From a virus (Duplodnaviria; Caudoviricetes), in the IMG/VR virus record IMGVR_UViG_3300025875_000010, positions 1 through 64,000 of that record: a stretch of 64,000 bases of DNA. The stretch is one strand, 5' to 3'. How positions within the stretch are numbered: position 1 is the first letter of the stretch; each line of letters begins with the position of its first letter. Positions 56,954 to 64,000 of the stretch are shown one piece after another. The position numbers were made by a program, and so were the translations under genes. Under the pieces are notes generated by a model that was given only the letters and a program-made list of their open reading frames with translations, had not been told where the DNA came from and made no database searches.

Positions 56954-56981
56954 ATATTAACACAACCATTGTTATTGTCAA
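56954..56981 (-). promoter_or_regulatory. Leaderless promoter of the portal operon
   Basis: TTGACA-N16-TAATAT-N6-ATG(56947), with TG extension. Confidence 0.72.
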
Positions 56982-56996
56982 ACCAATGACCAGCTT

Positions 56997-58553
56997 TTAG
57001 CTTTGTCCAGGTATAAATGACCAAGTTTGCGCATAGAATGAAACTGGTGAAGATGATTCTGTCACATTCACTCCAGAACTATCATTAACTCTTAGAATTG
57101 GTGACCCTACATTAGACTTATATAAATTAAGAGCTTGTGCAGCCGTCATCTCATAATCATAGGTAGCTAAATGACCAACGGTTACATCAAGCATTTCTGT
57201 ACCGGTCAAATTACCACCAATTCGAAACTTGCTGTCATTAGGAGTAGTAAGAACAAAAATCCAATGAGCCCACTGATCCAATTGTTGCGCTGTCGCGCTT
57301 GTGAAGGGCTGTCCATTTCTGTAAGCAGTCATTCCTACGGCTGAAACATTGCCGCCATCTACTTTGACATAACTAGTTCCAGTATTTCCAATAAAAAAGC
57401 CAGAATTATCATCAAGCTTGGCCCACATTTCAACTGTGCCAATAGTGTTGGCTTCATCCTGTTGAATTTCCAAGTAACCATTTCTAATAACAGCGCCCCA
57501 GGTGCTCAGATAGTCTAATGGATTAGGTGTTTCATAATCCATTAGAACAGATTTAAATGCCAAATTTCTCGAACCACTAGTTGGCGTTATTAATCTATCG
57601 TTAAGTATCAACACAGTTAACGAATCAACCCATCCTTCTTCTGGAAGATCAAACCTTAATAGCAAGTTAACATCTGTAGCGTCCTCTAAAACAATGGCTC
57701 CATTCATTACCGGAGTCCATGTAATATTATCAGTAGAATACGAAAGAACAGCTTTAAATCCTTGATAAGTTAAAGACACACCGGCAATCGTATCGGATAT
57801 CATCGATGATACTGGCACCATGCCCATCCACGTTCCGCCGCCATCGTTGGCTATCATTCTAGTTCCCATAATACCAACACCACTTGTAAAGAACTGATCC
57901 CAATTTGTATAGTCAAAAACAACAGTAGAATAAATGTCAGAGTCTCGATTCATCAACGTCCATGTTGTAGCTCCATTGGCAGATGCCGTCTGCTCGGGGG
58001 CTCTTACGGCCTTACCCCACTCGTAGTGCTGGCCTACTTCTCTTGCAGACAAACCTCTAGCATAGAGCGCAACGCTATCATAAATAGCAGACCCCGTACC
58101 ACCATTAATTCGAATTGAACCTGAGGTAGAAGTAAAGGGAGATAAAAGTAAATCTAAAGATGCTACCAAGGTTGCATCAATATATAGCTCGGCCTGCGTA
58201 GGGCGATAAATCATAGCCACATAAAAAGACTTACTATTGTTAGGAGTCCATGATGTTTCTACCGTACCGGCATCTTGCTTTATCCTTAAAATGAAGTCTG
58301 TTCCATTCCAAAGCACGCCCTCTCCAGTATGACCAAGTACAACAACTTCACCGGTATTTGTCATCGGCATAAACCAAGCTTCAAGTGTAAAAGAAATCGC
58401 TTCGTATCCCTGATTGTAAGGCTCAAAACTAATGTTATCTGATGCACTGATAAGTGTTGATGATCCTGAACCGGCCACTAACGGCGGGTTCGATCCATCC
58501 AACGTACGAAACGTATGCGGATTACTACTCATCACTTCTAACTCGTAGTTCAT
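56997..58553 (-). CDS. LamG/ConA-like lectin-domain protein (probable virion component)
   Basis: SFTLEAWF...LYIDA...DSVALYARGLSAREVGQHY; second unit TVEMW...WAHW...LYKS. Confidence 0.72.
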   Translation of the reverse strand: MNYELEVMSSNPHTFRTLDGSNPPLVAGSGSSTLISASDNISFEPYNQGYEAISFTLEAWFMPMTNTGEVVVLGHTGEGVLWNGTDFILRIKQDAGTVETSWTPNNSKSFYVAMIYRPTQAELYIDATLVASLDLLLSPFTSTSGSIRINGGTGSAIYDSVALYARGLSAREVGQHYEWGKAVRAPEQTASANGATTWTLMNRDSDIYSTVVFDYTNWDQFFTSGVGIMGTRMIANDGGGTWMGMVPVSSMISDTIAGVSLTYQGFKAVLSYSTDNITWTPVMNGAIVLEDATDVNLLLRFDLPEEGWVDSLTVLILNDRLITPTSGSRNLAFKSVLMDYETPNPLDYLSTWGAVIRNGYLEIQQDEANTIGTVEMWAKLDDNSGFFIGNTGTSYVKVDGGNVSAVGMTAYRNGQPFTSATAQQLDQWAHWIFVLTTPNDSKFRIGGNLTGTEMLDVTVGHLATYDYEMTAAQALNLYKSNVGSPILRVNDSSGVNVTESSSPVSFYAQTWSFIPGQS

Positions 58554-58559
58554 AAATTA

Positions 58560-58588
58560 AGTATAGTCTTAGTCACCCAAAAAAGCAA
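58560..58588 (-). promoter_or_regulatory. Leaderless promoter whose -35 lies in a terminator U-tract
   Basis: TTGCTT-N17-TATACT-N6-ATG(58553). Confidence 0.78.
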
Positions 58589-58612
58589 AAACCCCGAACT
58601 AAAGTCCGGGGT
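58579..58612 (-). terminator. Rho-independent terminator
   Basis: ACCCCGGAC-TTTA-GTTCGGGGT-TTTTGCTTTTTT. Confidence 0.85.
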
Positions 58613-58727
58613 CATGCTGTAACTAACATTTCCATCCTAAGGTGTTCGGGAACTCTTGCGAAATTCAGGCACGAACGCCGTTAACAACTCTCATCTGTAT
58701 CGGCCCACAAGCCGCACCCGAGGTTGT
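58579..58727 (-). ncRNA. Candidate structured small RNA (~150 nt)
   Basis: Bounded by a consensus promoter and an intrinsic terminator; two foldable domains including a GCAA tetraloop; only 7-9 codon ORFs without an SD. Confidence 0.5.
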
Positions 58728-58733
58728 GGTTAT

Positions 58734-58762
58734 ATTATAGCACATCATTTAGCGTCTGTAAA
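58734..58762 (-). promoter_or_regulatory. Strong sigma-A promoter at the end of the endolysin gene
   Basis: TTTACA-N17-TATAAT with TG extension. Confidence 0.75.
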
Positions 58763-59686
58763 AGTGCCATCAGCCAATAGAACTAGTCTACCTTTTTCAA
58801 ACTTCTGTTCAATTAGACCGTCCTCTTCACGCTTATATTCAGCACTCGTTGGGTAACCAAGACGACCATTCTCCCAACCAGTTGATGCATAGTAATTAAG
58901 GAATGCACCGTGAATATCCCAGGCTCCGGTCTTTGGAGACCAGTAAATTGCCCAACCGGACGCGAAGTGGCTAGAATGTCCAACTCCATGAGTCAACTCA
59001 TCGCTCGTAGGAAATCCAGTAGTTAGCTCACTACCAATTACACGCCAACGCTTTAGAATTTCTCCATGAACTTCGTGGGCTGTGCCCTTATCAACATTTG
59101 GATGCCAATAAATAGCTCCATTAGTAAACTCCTGCCAACGACCAGCCTTATCTAATGTTGAAACTTCTGGACCGTCCGGCTGACCTACGATTCCCTTTGT
59201 ACGGTCATAAGCCACCCTGATGGCTCCTACAATTGGGAACTTGAACTGTGGAACTACTGGTTGTGCTGGGCCACCTAGATTCCAGGCCGCCTTGCTATCG
59301 AAACCGGCGCGGTTCAGACTAAACGATACATGGAAGTGCTTATCGTGTGGATTACTTCCGTTATATGCTCTCCATGTTCTAAAATCAGGACTAGTAATTC
59401 TGCGGTTGAAGATAATGTATCCTCCACCGGTCAATCTTGGATCACCGGCTGCGCCCTTCTTGCGTAATTCTTCAACAATCCAAGCCGCGTCAATGCCGTC
59501 CTTGTCAACATCGCGCGCACGTACAACACCCTGCCCAGCAATAATTACCCAAGGATTGTGGTCGGAATCTCTAGATGCGTGAGCAGCATCACCAATTGTT
59601 CCATCTGATGCCTTGTCTCGTTTAGGCCAACGAACATTAATTTCATCTACCAGAGCAATGCTGGCATTACAATTACGCCACGTCAC
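58745..59686 (-). CDS. Endolysin: M15-like Zn peptidase domain plus LGFP repeats
   Basis: GDAAH...SDHNP...ARDVD...YIIFNRRI...NPHDKHFHVS; GFPTSDE and LGYPTSAE LGFP repeats; GTG start. Confidence 0.85.
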   Translation of the reverse strand: MTWRNCNASIALVDEINVRWPKRDKASDGTIGDAAHASRDSDHNPWVIIAGQGVVRARDVDKDGIDAAWIVEELRKKGAAGDPRLTGGGYIIFNRRITSPDFRTWRAYNGSNPHDKHFHVSFSLNRAGFDSKAAWNLGGPAQPVVPQFKFPIVGAIRVAYDRTKGIVGQPDGPEVSTLDKAGRWQEFTNGAIYWHPNVDKGTAHEVHGEILKRWRVIGSELTTGFPTSDELTHGVGHSSHFASGWAIYWSPKTGAWDIHGAFLNYYASTGWENGRLGYPTSAEYKREEDGLIEQKFEKGRLVLLADGTFTDAK

Positions 59687-59790
59687 TTATCATCATCGGG
59701 ATTAGTGGGAGCGTCTGCTTCCTCACCTGCGTAAACCCAGGGATCGGAGTGATCCTGCTCCCCGGCCGTCCTTGCCTTTGGTTCTGTCAT
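59683..59790 (-). CDS. 35-aa acidic peptide coupled to the endolysin (not in ORF track)
   Basis: AAAGGAGG RBS; MTEPKARTAGEQDHSDPWVYAGEEADAPTNPDDDK; its TGA overlaps the lysin GTG. Confidence 0.7.
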   Translation of the reverse strand: MTEPKARTAGEQDHSDPWVYAGEEADAPTNPDDDK

Positions 59791-59813
59791 ATTTATCCCC
59801 TCCTTTCTAGATT

Positions 59814-59842
59814 AGTATGCTCCTTTCGTTGCTAAAAAGCAA
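59814..59842 (-). promoter_or_regulatory. Promoter of the lysin operon
   Basis: TTGCTT-N17-CATACT; the -35 lies in the terminator tail. Confidence 0.68.
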
Positions 59843-59875
59843 ATGACCCAGCCTCGGAGTAGAAGGCTGGGTCAT
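59835..59875 (-). terminator. Terminator after the nrdJ operon
   Basis: ATGACCCAGCCT-N9-AGGCTGGGTCAT, a perfect 12-bp stem, followed by TTGCTTTTT. Confidence 0.82.
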
Positions 59876-59879
59876 CGAC

Positions 59880-60044
59880 TTATTCTGTTTTTTCTCTTCC
59901 ATCTAAAGAATGATGGAGAATATGCCATCCAATTGAGCCATCGTCTCTCTTTACAGGCTCTGTTGTGGGCCCGCAAATACATTCATCATTGTTAGTGTTA
60001 TGGTCCACAAGATCATTAACTGGATAAGTATGAACTGCTGTCAT
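59880..60044 (-). CDS. 54-aa His/Cys-rich protein (not in ORF track)
   Basis: MTAVHTYPVNDLVDHNTNNDECICGPTTEPVKRDDGSIGWHILHHSLDGREKTE; TAATG-coupled to nrdJ. Confidence 0.72.
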   Translation of the reverse strand: MTAVHTYPVNDLVDHNTNNDECICGPTTEPVKRDDGSIGWHILHHSLDGREKTE

Positions 60045-61987
60045 TAGTTTGCTGAGCCTACAAGCTCACATTGACCTGAAACACAACTTAGCATCTGCGT
60101 TCCAGTAGTGTTATCTTCCTTCTCATATAGTGGAAGGATAGACCAATTAACGTGTGCTGGCATATCTGCAACAAACTGCTTGTAACCGGACTCGTCGGTG
60201 TCCTGGTATGGTGCTTGCTGATATGTACCGGCATCATATGGAAGAAAACTGATTCCACCAACGATATCCCAGTTTTTGTAAACCCAGTGGCTTACCTCAA
60301 TCCATTCCTCTTCACGCACGTTGACGGTGATAGAAGGATTATGCTCGGTCCAGTGCATCTTGTACACCTTCCAGAACTCTAAGTGATCAATAGCAGTTAA
60401 CTCATTTCTGGTGACCGCGCCTACCGGTGCCTTCTGTGGGAAGTAGAAGACAGTTGTACTGTCAGGTGCCATTAGGTCAGGCTCATTAGGAATACCGGCG
60501 TCATTCATGAATGATGTTAGCGGGTCCTTGTTGTCCTGACGGACGGAGCGAATGTAATAGTCATTGTGCCACGGGTGCATTCCTGACGAGGTGCCGGTAA
60601 GCTGAGAAACTGTTCCGCTAGGCTTGACAGTTGTGATCGCCGTTGAGCGATTGATTCCCATTGCATCTGCCACGCGGGCATTAACTTCAATCGTCCGCTC
60701 TCGTAGAGAGTCCAATGCGGAAGCCAAGCGGTCAAGCCCTTGTCGGCCAGACGTAAGCTTGTTTCCAAACTGTCCGGTGAGTGAAACTCCAAGAAGCCTT
60801 TCCTCTTCGCAGTTATCTCTCCAAATCTTTCTAAGATACTTGAAATTGGTGAAGCTGGCCTGAATGGTTCCCAAAATGGTTGCAATTTCTGCCTTCTCAA
60901 GTAGTGCCTCCTCCGTATCGCTTTCCTCGACAATAATTTCAGTTAAGTTACAGAACTGATACGGACGCAAAGAAATCTCTCCACATGGATTTGTTCCACC
61001 CAATAGAGAACCGTCGCGTCGCGGTGCGAATGCAGCCTTCTTCATGTTTTCCATGTTTACGATACCGCGCTCGCCTGAACCGGACTCGTATAGATTCTGC
61101 CATTCGTGCATAAACTCACCGATGCTTGGCTTCTTGTAATGTGCTGCGGAGTTGTTAGCTAGACGACGATATGGAGTTGCCTCCCACCACGCACCGCTCT
61201 TTGCCTTAGCCATATCATAATCGTCCAAGTCCTGCAAACTGATCAGAGCAGAACGGCGCACACCACCCACGACAACCACGTCCCCAATCTTGCACATAAT
61301 GTCATGGCACTCAAGGCTTGTAAGCTTTCTTCCTGCTGCTTTCTTGAATGTAGCGATAGCAAAGTCAAATAGATCGACAAGTGGTTGTGGTCCCGATGAG
61401 CGACCTCCAAATGTCTTAAGCTTTGCTCCTGCTGGACGAAGCGCTGTAATATCAATTGCAGGAATCTGTCCAACATAAAGCATGGCAATAAGTTCGCGTA
61501 GCGCGCGTGCCCAACCTTCCTTAGAGTCCTGTACGTTGATTACTGTCTTTGTGTATTCGAAGTGCTCGTTTACAACCGGCAATCTGCTGGTGTACTTGCG
61601 CTCTGCGCTGAATCCTAAACCGGTACCGTTCATCAAAATGTACAGCGCTTCATCAAATGATCGTGGACTGTCTACCGGAATAAAGCTACAGTTATATCCT
61701 GCAACGTGTGAGCGGTCTAGTGCTGGTCCTGCCGTCATCAATGCACGCATCGAAGGCATGACTTTGTGGTTCAAAATTGCTGAGTGAATGCGATCCCATT
61801 CGTCCTCAGTTACTACGTTTGGATAGCTCTTATCCATGTGGTCATGCATGTAGTTCACATAACGGTTAACTGTCTCGTGCCAGGTCTCACGACGACCAAT
61901 ATTGTCGTCCCACCTAGCATAACGAGACACGGCAATAAATGCCTTATACGGGTCTGTTAGAGCACCCGTATCATCAATAATACTCAA
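60044..61987 (-). CDS. nrdJ: Class II (adenosylcobalamin-dependent) ribonucleotide reductase, monomeric RTPR type
   Basis: SRYARW...RETW; PSMR; YNCSF; GTNPCGEI; TVKPSGTVS; WTEHNPS; C-terminal CVSGQC; TTG start. Confidence 0.95.
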   Translation of the reverse strand: MSIIDDTGALTDPYKAFIAVSRYARWDDNIGRRETWHETVNRYVNYMHDHMDKSYPNVVTEDEWDRIHSAILNHKVMPSMRALMTAGPALDRSHVAGYNCSFIPVDSPRSFDEALYILMNGTGLGFSAERKYTSRLPVVNEHFEYTKTVINVQDSKEGWARALRELIAMLYVGQIPAIDITALRPAGAKLKTFGGRSSGPQPLVDLFDFAIATFKKAAGRKLTSLECHDIMCKIGDVVVVGGVRRSALISLQDLDDYDMAKAKSGAWWEATPYRRLANNSAAHYKKPSIGEFMHEWQNLYESGSGERGIVNMENMKKAAFAPRRDGSLLGGTNPCGEISLRPYQFCNLTEIIVEESDTEEALLEKAEIATILGTIQASFTNFKYLRKIWRDNCEEERLLGVSLTGQFGNKLTSGRQGLDRLASALDSLRERTIEVNARVADAMGINRSTAITTVKPSGTVSQLTGTSSGMHPWHNDYYIRSVRQDNKDPLTSFMNDAGIPNEPDLMAPDSTTVFYFPQKAPVGAVTRNELTAIDHLEFWKVYKMHWTEHNPSITVNVREEEWIEVSHWVYKNWDIVGGISFLPYDAGTYQQAPYQDTDESGYKQFVADMPAHVNWSILPLYEKEDNTTGTQMLSCVSGQCELVGSAN

Positions 61988-62044
61988 TTAAATTCCTCCT
62001 ATACCCCGCCTACAGTGGGGCTTTCCTCAAGATTTGGTTCCTCA

Positions 62045-62072
62045 AGTGTACCACTGAGACTATTCTATGCAA
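62045..62072 (-). promoter_or_regulatory. Promoter for nrdJ
   Basis: TTGCAT-N16-TACACT with TG extension. Confidence 0.6.
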
Positions 62073-62094
62073 GGTAAGTCAAAATTATTTTACA

Positions 62095-63189
62095 TCAATT
62101 ATCGGATTCAATATAGAGGCTCTGCAAGTCAATGCTTGCTGCTGCTGCGGTAGTTCCATTGGAGTGATGAATATGGGCTGACAGCATAGTGTTCAGCGCA
62201 GGAAGATCAACATTAGCAGTGCCGCTAACAACAATACCATCGTTTAAACGCTGGGCAGACCAATAAACAACCGACCCTCCACCAGAAGGAGCAAATAGCC
62301 TAAACTCATAAAAATCGGTTGCCGCCACCTGCGTGCGGAAATTGACACCAAGATCGACCGATGTTCCTGCACCAGTTCCATCATTGCACATAAAGCGCCA
62401 AGTAGTTTGAGTAGAGTTGGCTCCAAACCCGATCAAGTTCAAAAAAGTTGAAGGCTCAACACTGGGAGAGAGGGCCGCTGTTGTAGAACTCAATCCAACA
62501 AATAATCTATTCGTTGGAGTTATTGCCTGCAATCCCAACCTAGCAACAAAAAAGAATCCTCCCATGTTGGGAGTAGATGACAAAAACCACTGAGCAGACG
62601 ATGATCTAGTACCGGCTGCTGCCGCTGCCGTTGCTGCCGAAGTGAACCTGGACTTAACCATTGAAGTATAAAAATTGGTAGAAGCGTTATTCACTAACGT
62701 TGGGTTGGCAACGTTAGCAACATTTAGACCATCCAGTGTAGGAGTCGCAACGTTGTTTACAGCATTCCAGCGGGCAACCCTATTGGAAAACATTGCAGGT
62801 TGCAAGGCAGTGTCCTGACCAGATGGTCCTATAATAGACAAAAGCCTGCGGGCCCTATATCTAGTAAATAACTTTAAACCTGTAGCTGGTGCCGTTGGAG
62901 TGGTTGTCACATGCTCTGTAGATATAAGAGCTTCGGTTGTGGAGCCCCCACCGCCGCCGACCGATGCAACAGCATTATCAACATAAGACTTCTTGGTGGC
63001 ATGATCTGGACTTGACGGATCGAAAGCAATATTAACATAACCAAAGTCTGAACCGGCCAAAATATTGTCTCTTTTAACTAAAGTTCCAGTAAAAGATGCA
63101 GTAGTGGCATTATTCAGTAATGTCTTGATGCCCTTGATTTCTGTGGCAATGCGAGAGGCTAAAGCCTGAACTTCACTTACTACGCTCAT
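62095..63189 (-). CDS. Fibre/minor structural protein
   Basis: N-terminal coiled coil VSEVQALASRIATEIK; ATKKSYVD fibre motif; beta-sandwich C-terminus. Confidence 0.6.
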   Translation of the reverse strand: MSVVSEVQALASRIATEIKGIKTLLNNATTASFTGTLVKRDNILAGSDFGYVNIAFDPSSPDHATKKSYVDNAVASVGGGGGSTTEALISTEHVTTTPTAPATGLKLFTRYRARRLLSIIGPSGQDTALQPAMFSNRVARWNAVNNVATPTLDGLNVANVANPTLVNNASTNFYTSMVKSRFTSAATAAAAAGTRSSSAQWFLSSTPNMGGFFFVARLGLQAITPTNRLFVGLSSTTAALSPSVEPSTFLNLIGFGANSTQTTWRFMCNDGTGAGTSVDLGVNFRTQVAATDFYEFRLFAPSGGGSVVYWSAQRLNDGIVVSGTANVDLPALNTMLSAHIHHSNGTTAAAASIDLQSLYIESDN

Positions 63190-64000
63190 ACTAGACCGGC
63201 CTCAAATGTTGCCACGAAATTAGTTGTAGTGTCACCTACCGCTGCGGCATCGGCAGCAGTACCGGCCGTTGTGCCAATCACAATATTAGATACACCCGCA
63301 CCAATGGTGTTTCTAGCTGCCGAAGCATCTACAGCGGTAATCAAAGACCTACCAATTAAAGTCGAGTCGCTAATGTTAGCAGCAGTGTGGGTGTGAACGG
63401 TGGGTGCCTTGGTATCTGCAACTATCTTCAAACCGGCCGGAGTTACGGCACGAACTGTATCAGTTCCAGTAGTCGCTTCGGTAGTGGTTGCTAATTCAAC
63501 AACACCGGATGCAGATTCTGTGGCTGCTGGTGGCGCATAATCTCCAGCCTTGGCTGTACCGGCATTTGTACCAATTACAAGGCTAGAAGTTCCCGCTCCA
63601 ATTACACCACGAACAGCAGTTGCATCAGTTGCGGTCAGAACATTGCGACCGACCGTCGTTGCATCAGAAATATTTGCGGCCGTATGAGTGTGACTGGCAG
63701 GTGCCGCTCCAACTTCTGCGGCAGTAAAAGTCTTATTTCCGGCCATTGCAGTGGTACCTGTAACGCCAATAACTAGATTAGACGTACCGGCACCAATATT
63801 GGTGCGAGCCTGGGTCTGCTGTGCTCCCGTTAGAGTCTGAGCAGCATCAAAACGAACTCTGTTTCCAAGAGCAGCCGTTATTGTTGCCGCAAAGTTTGGA
63901 TCATCACCAAGAGCCTCTGCAATTTCATTAAGAGTGTCTAGAGTTCCCGGTGCAGAGTCAATAATTGCCGCTACTCTGTTTTGAATTTCTGTATTTGTCT
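63186..64000 (-). CDS. Fibre protein (partial; the frame continues past the right edge)
   Basis: The frame is open upstream of the ORF-track ATG: IIDSAPGTLDTLNEIAEALGDDPNFAATITAALG (classic tail-fibre motif), then HTH/GTSSLVIG repeats. Confidence 0.8.
   Translation of the reverse strand, partial: TNTEIQNRVAAIIDSAPGTLDTLNEIAEALGDDPNFAATITAALGNRVRFDAAQTLTGAQQTQARTNIGAGTSNLVIGVTGTTAMAGNKTFTAAEVGAAPASHTHTAANISDATTVGRNVLTATDATAVRGVIGAGTSSLVIGTNAGTAKAGDYAPPAATESASGVVELATTTEATTGTDTVRAVTPAGLKIVADTKAPTVHTHTAANISDSTLIGRSLITAVDASAARNTIGAGVSNIVIGTTAGTAADAAAVGDTTTNFVATFEAGLV

Noticed and set aside
58665-58694. Mini-ORF MRVVNGVRA within the candidate sRNA
   Set aside because: Nine codons, no SD, not at the predicted +1, and buried in stems.
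58625-58700. Hammerhead ribozyme in the candidate sRNA (CAGAUGA...GAAA)
   Set aside because: The core CUGA is mismatched (CAGA) and I could not build stems I-III around the GAAA.
61988-62044. Cobalamin riboswitch upstream of nrdJ (CCCCACTGTAG resembles part of the B12 motif)
   Set aside because: The leader is only about 55 nt and lacks the B12-box/GGGAA elements. It contains just a small CCCCAC/GCGGGG hairpin and a TTGAGGAA repeat.
294-62426. All plus-strand ORFs in the track and short alternative-frame minus ORFs inside large genes
   Set aside because: They are antisense or out-of-frame shadows of well-supported minus-strand genes, with no RBS or recognisable motifs.
1-64000. tRNA/tmRNA genes, integrase or att site, CRISPR arrays
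   Set aside because: Intergenic gaps are short and explained by promoters/terminators; no cloverleaf or array was seen by eye (tRNAscan/ARAGORN not run).

Overview
This is 64 kb of a large lytic siphovirus genome, roughly mid-40s % GC by eye. The host is probably an actinobacterium, based on the LGFP-repeat endolysin, leaderless transcripts, and a gene order like large Streptomyces/Rhodococcus phages (inference). Essentially every gene is on the minus strand. In transcription order (right to left): fibre genes; class II RNR (nrdJ); endolysin; a candidate small RNA; a LamG protein; portal, HNH, protease/scaffold and capsid; about 12 kb of fibre and multi-enzyme (PL7, zincin, PhoD, GH5, beta-propeller) genes between the capsid and the head-tail connector; the tail module (major tail, frameshifted chaperone, tape measure with two muralytic domains, minor tails); holin; replication/recombination genes (DnaB, primase, SSB, DnaE, MazG, RecA-like, Cas4-like, resolvases); GT25; and the terminase subunits. 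The most notable items are: (1) a probable head/neck-displayed fibre-plus-enzyme arsenal, including a 1495-aa protein with a dead PL7 split by a zincin, an intact PL7 and PhoD; (2) a ~150-nt structured promoter-to-terminator unit after the endolysin with no credible ORF; (3) a readable sigma-A promoter system with eight leaderless genes and a shared 20-bp element; (4) a tape measure gene with no canonical start codon at its natural 5' end; and (5) six free-standing HNH/EndoVII genes plus a deleted remnant. All family calls come from motif recognition by eye; no database searches were run.
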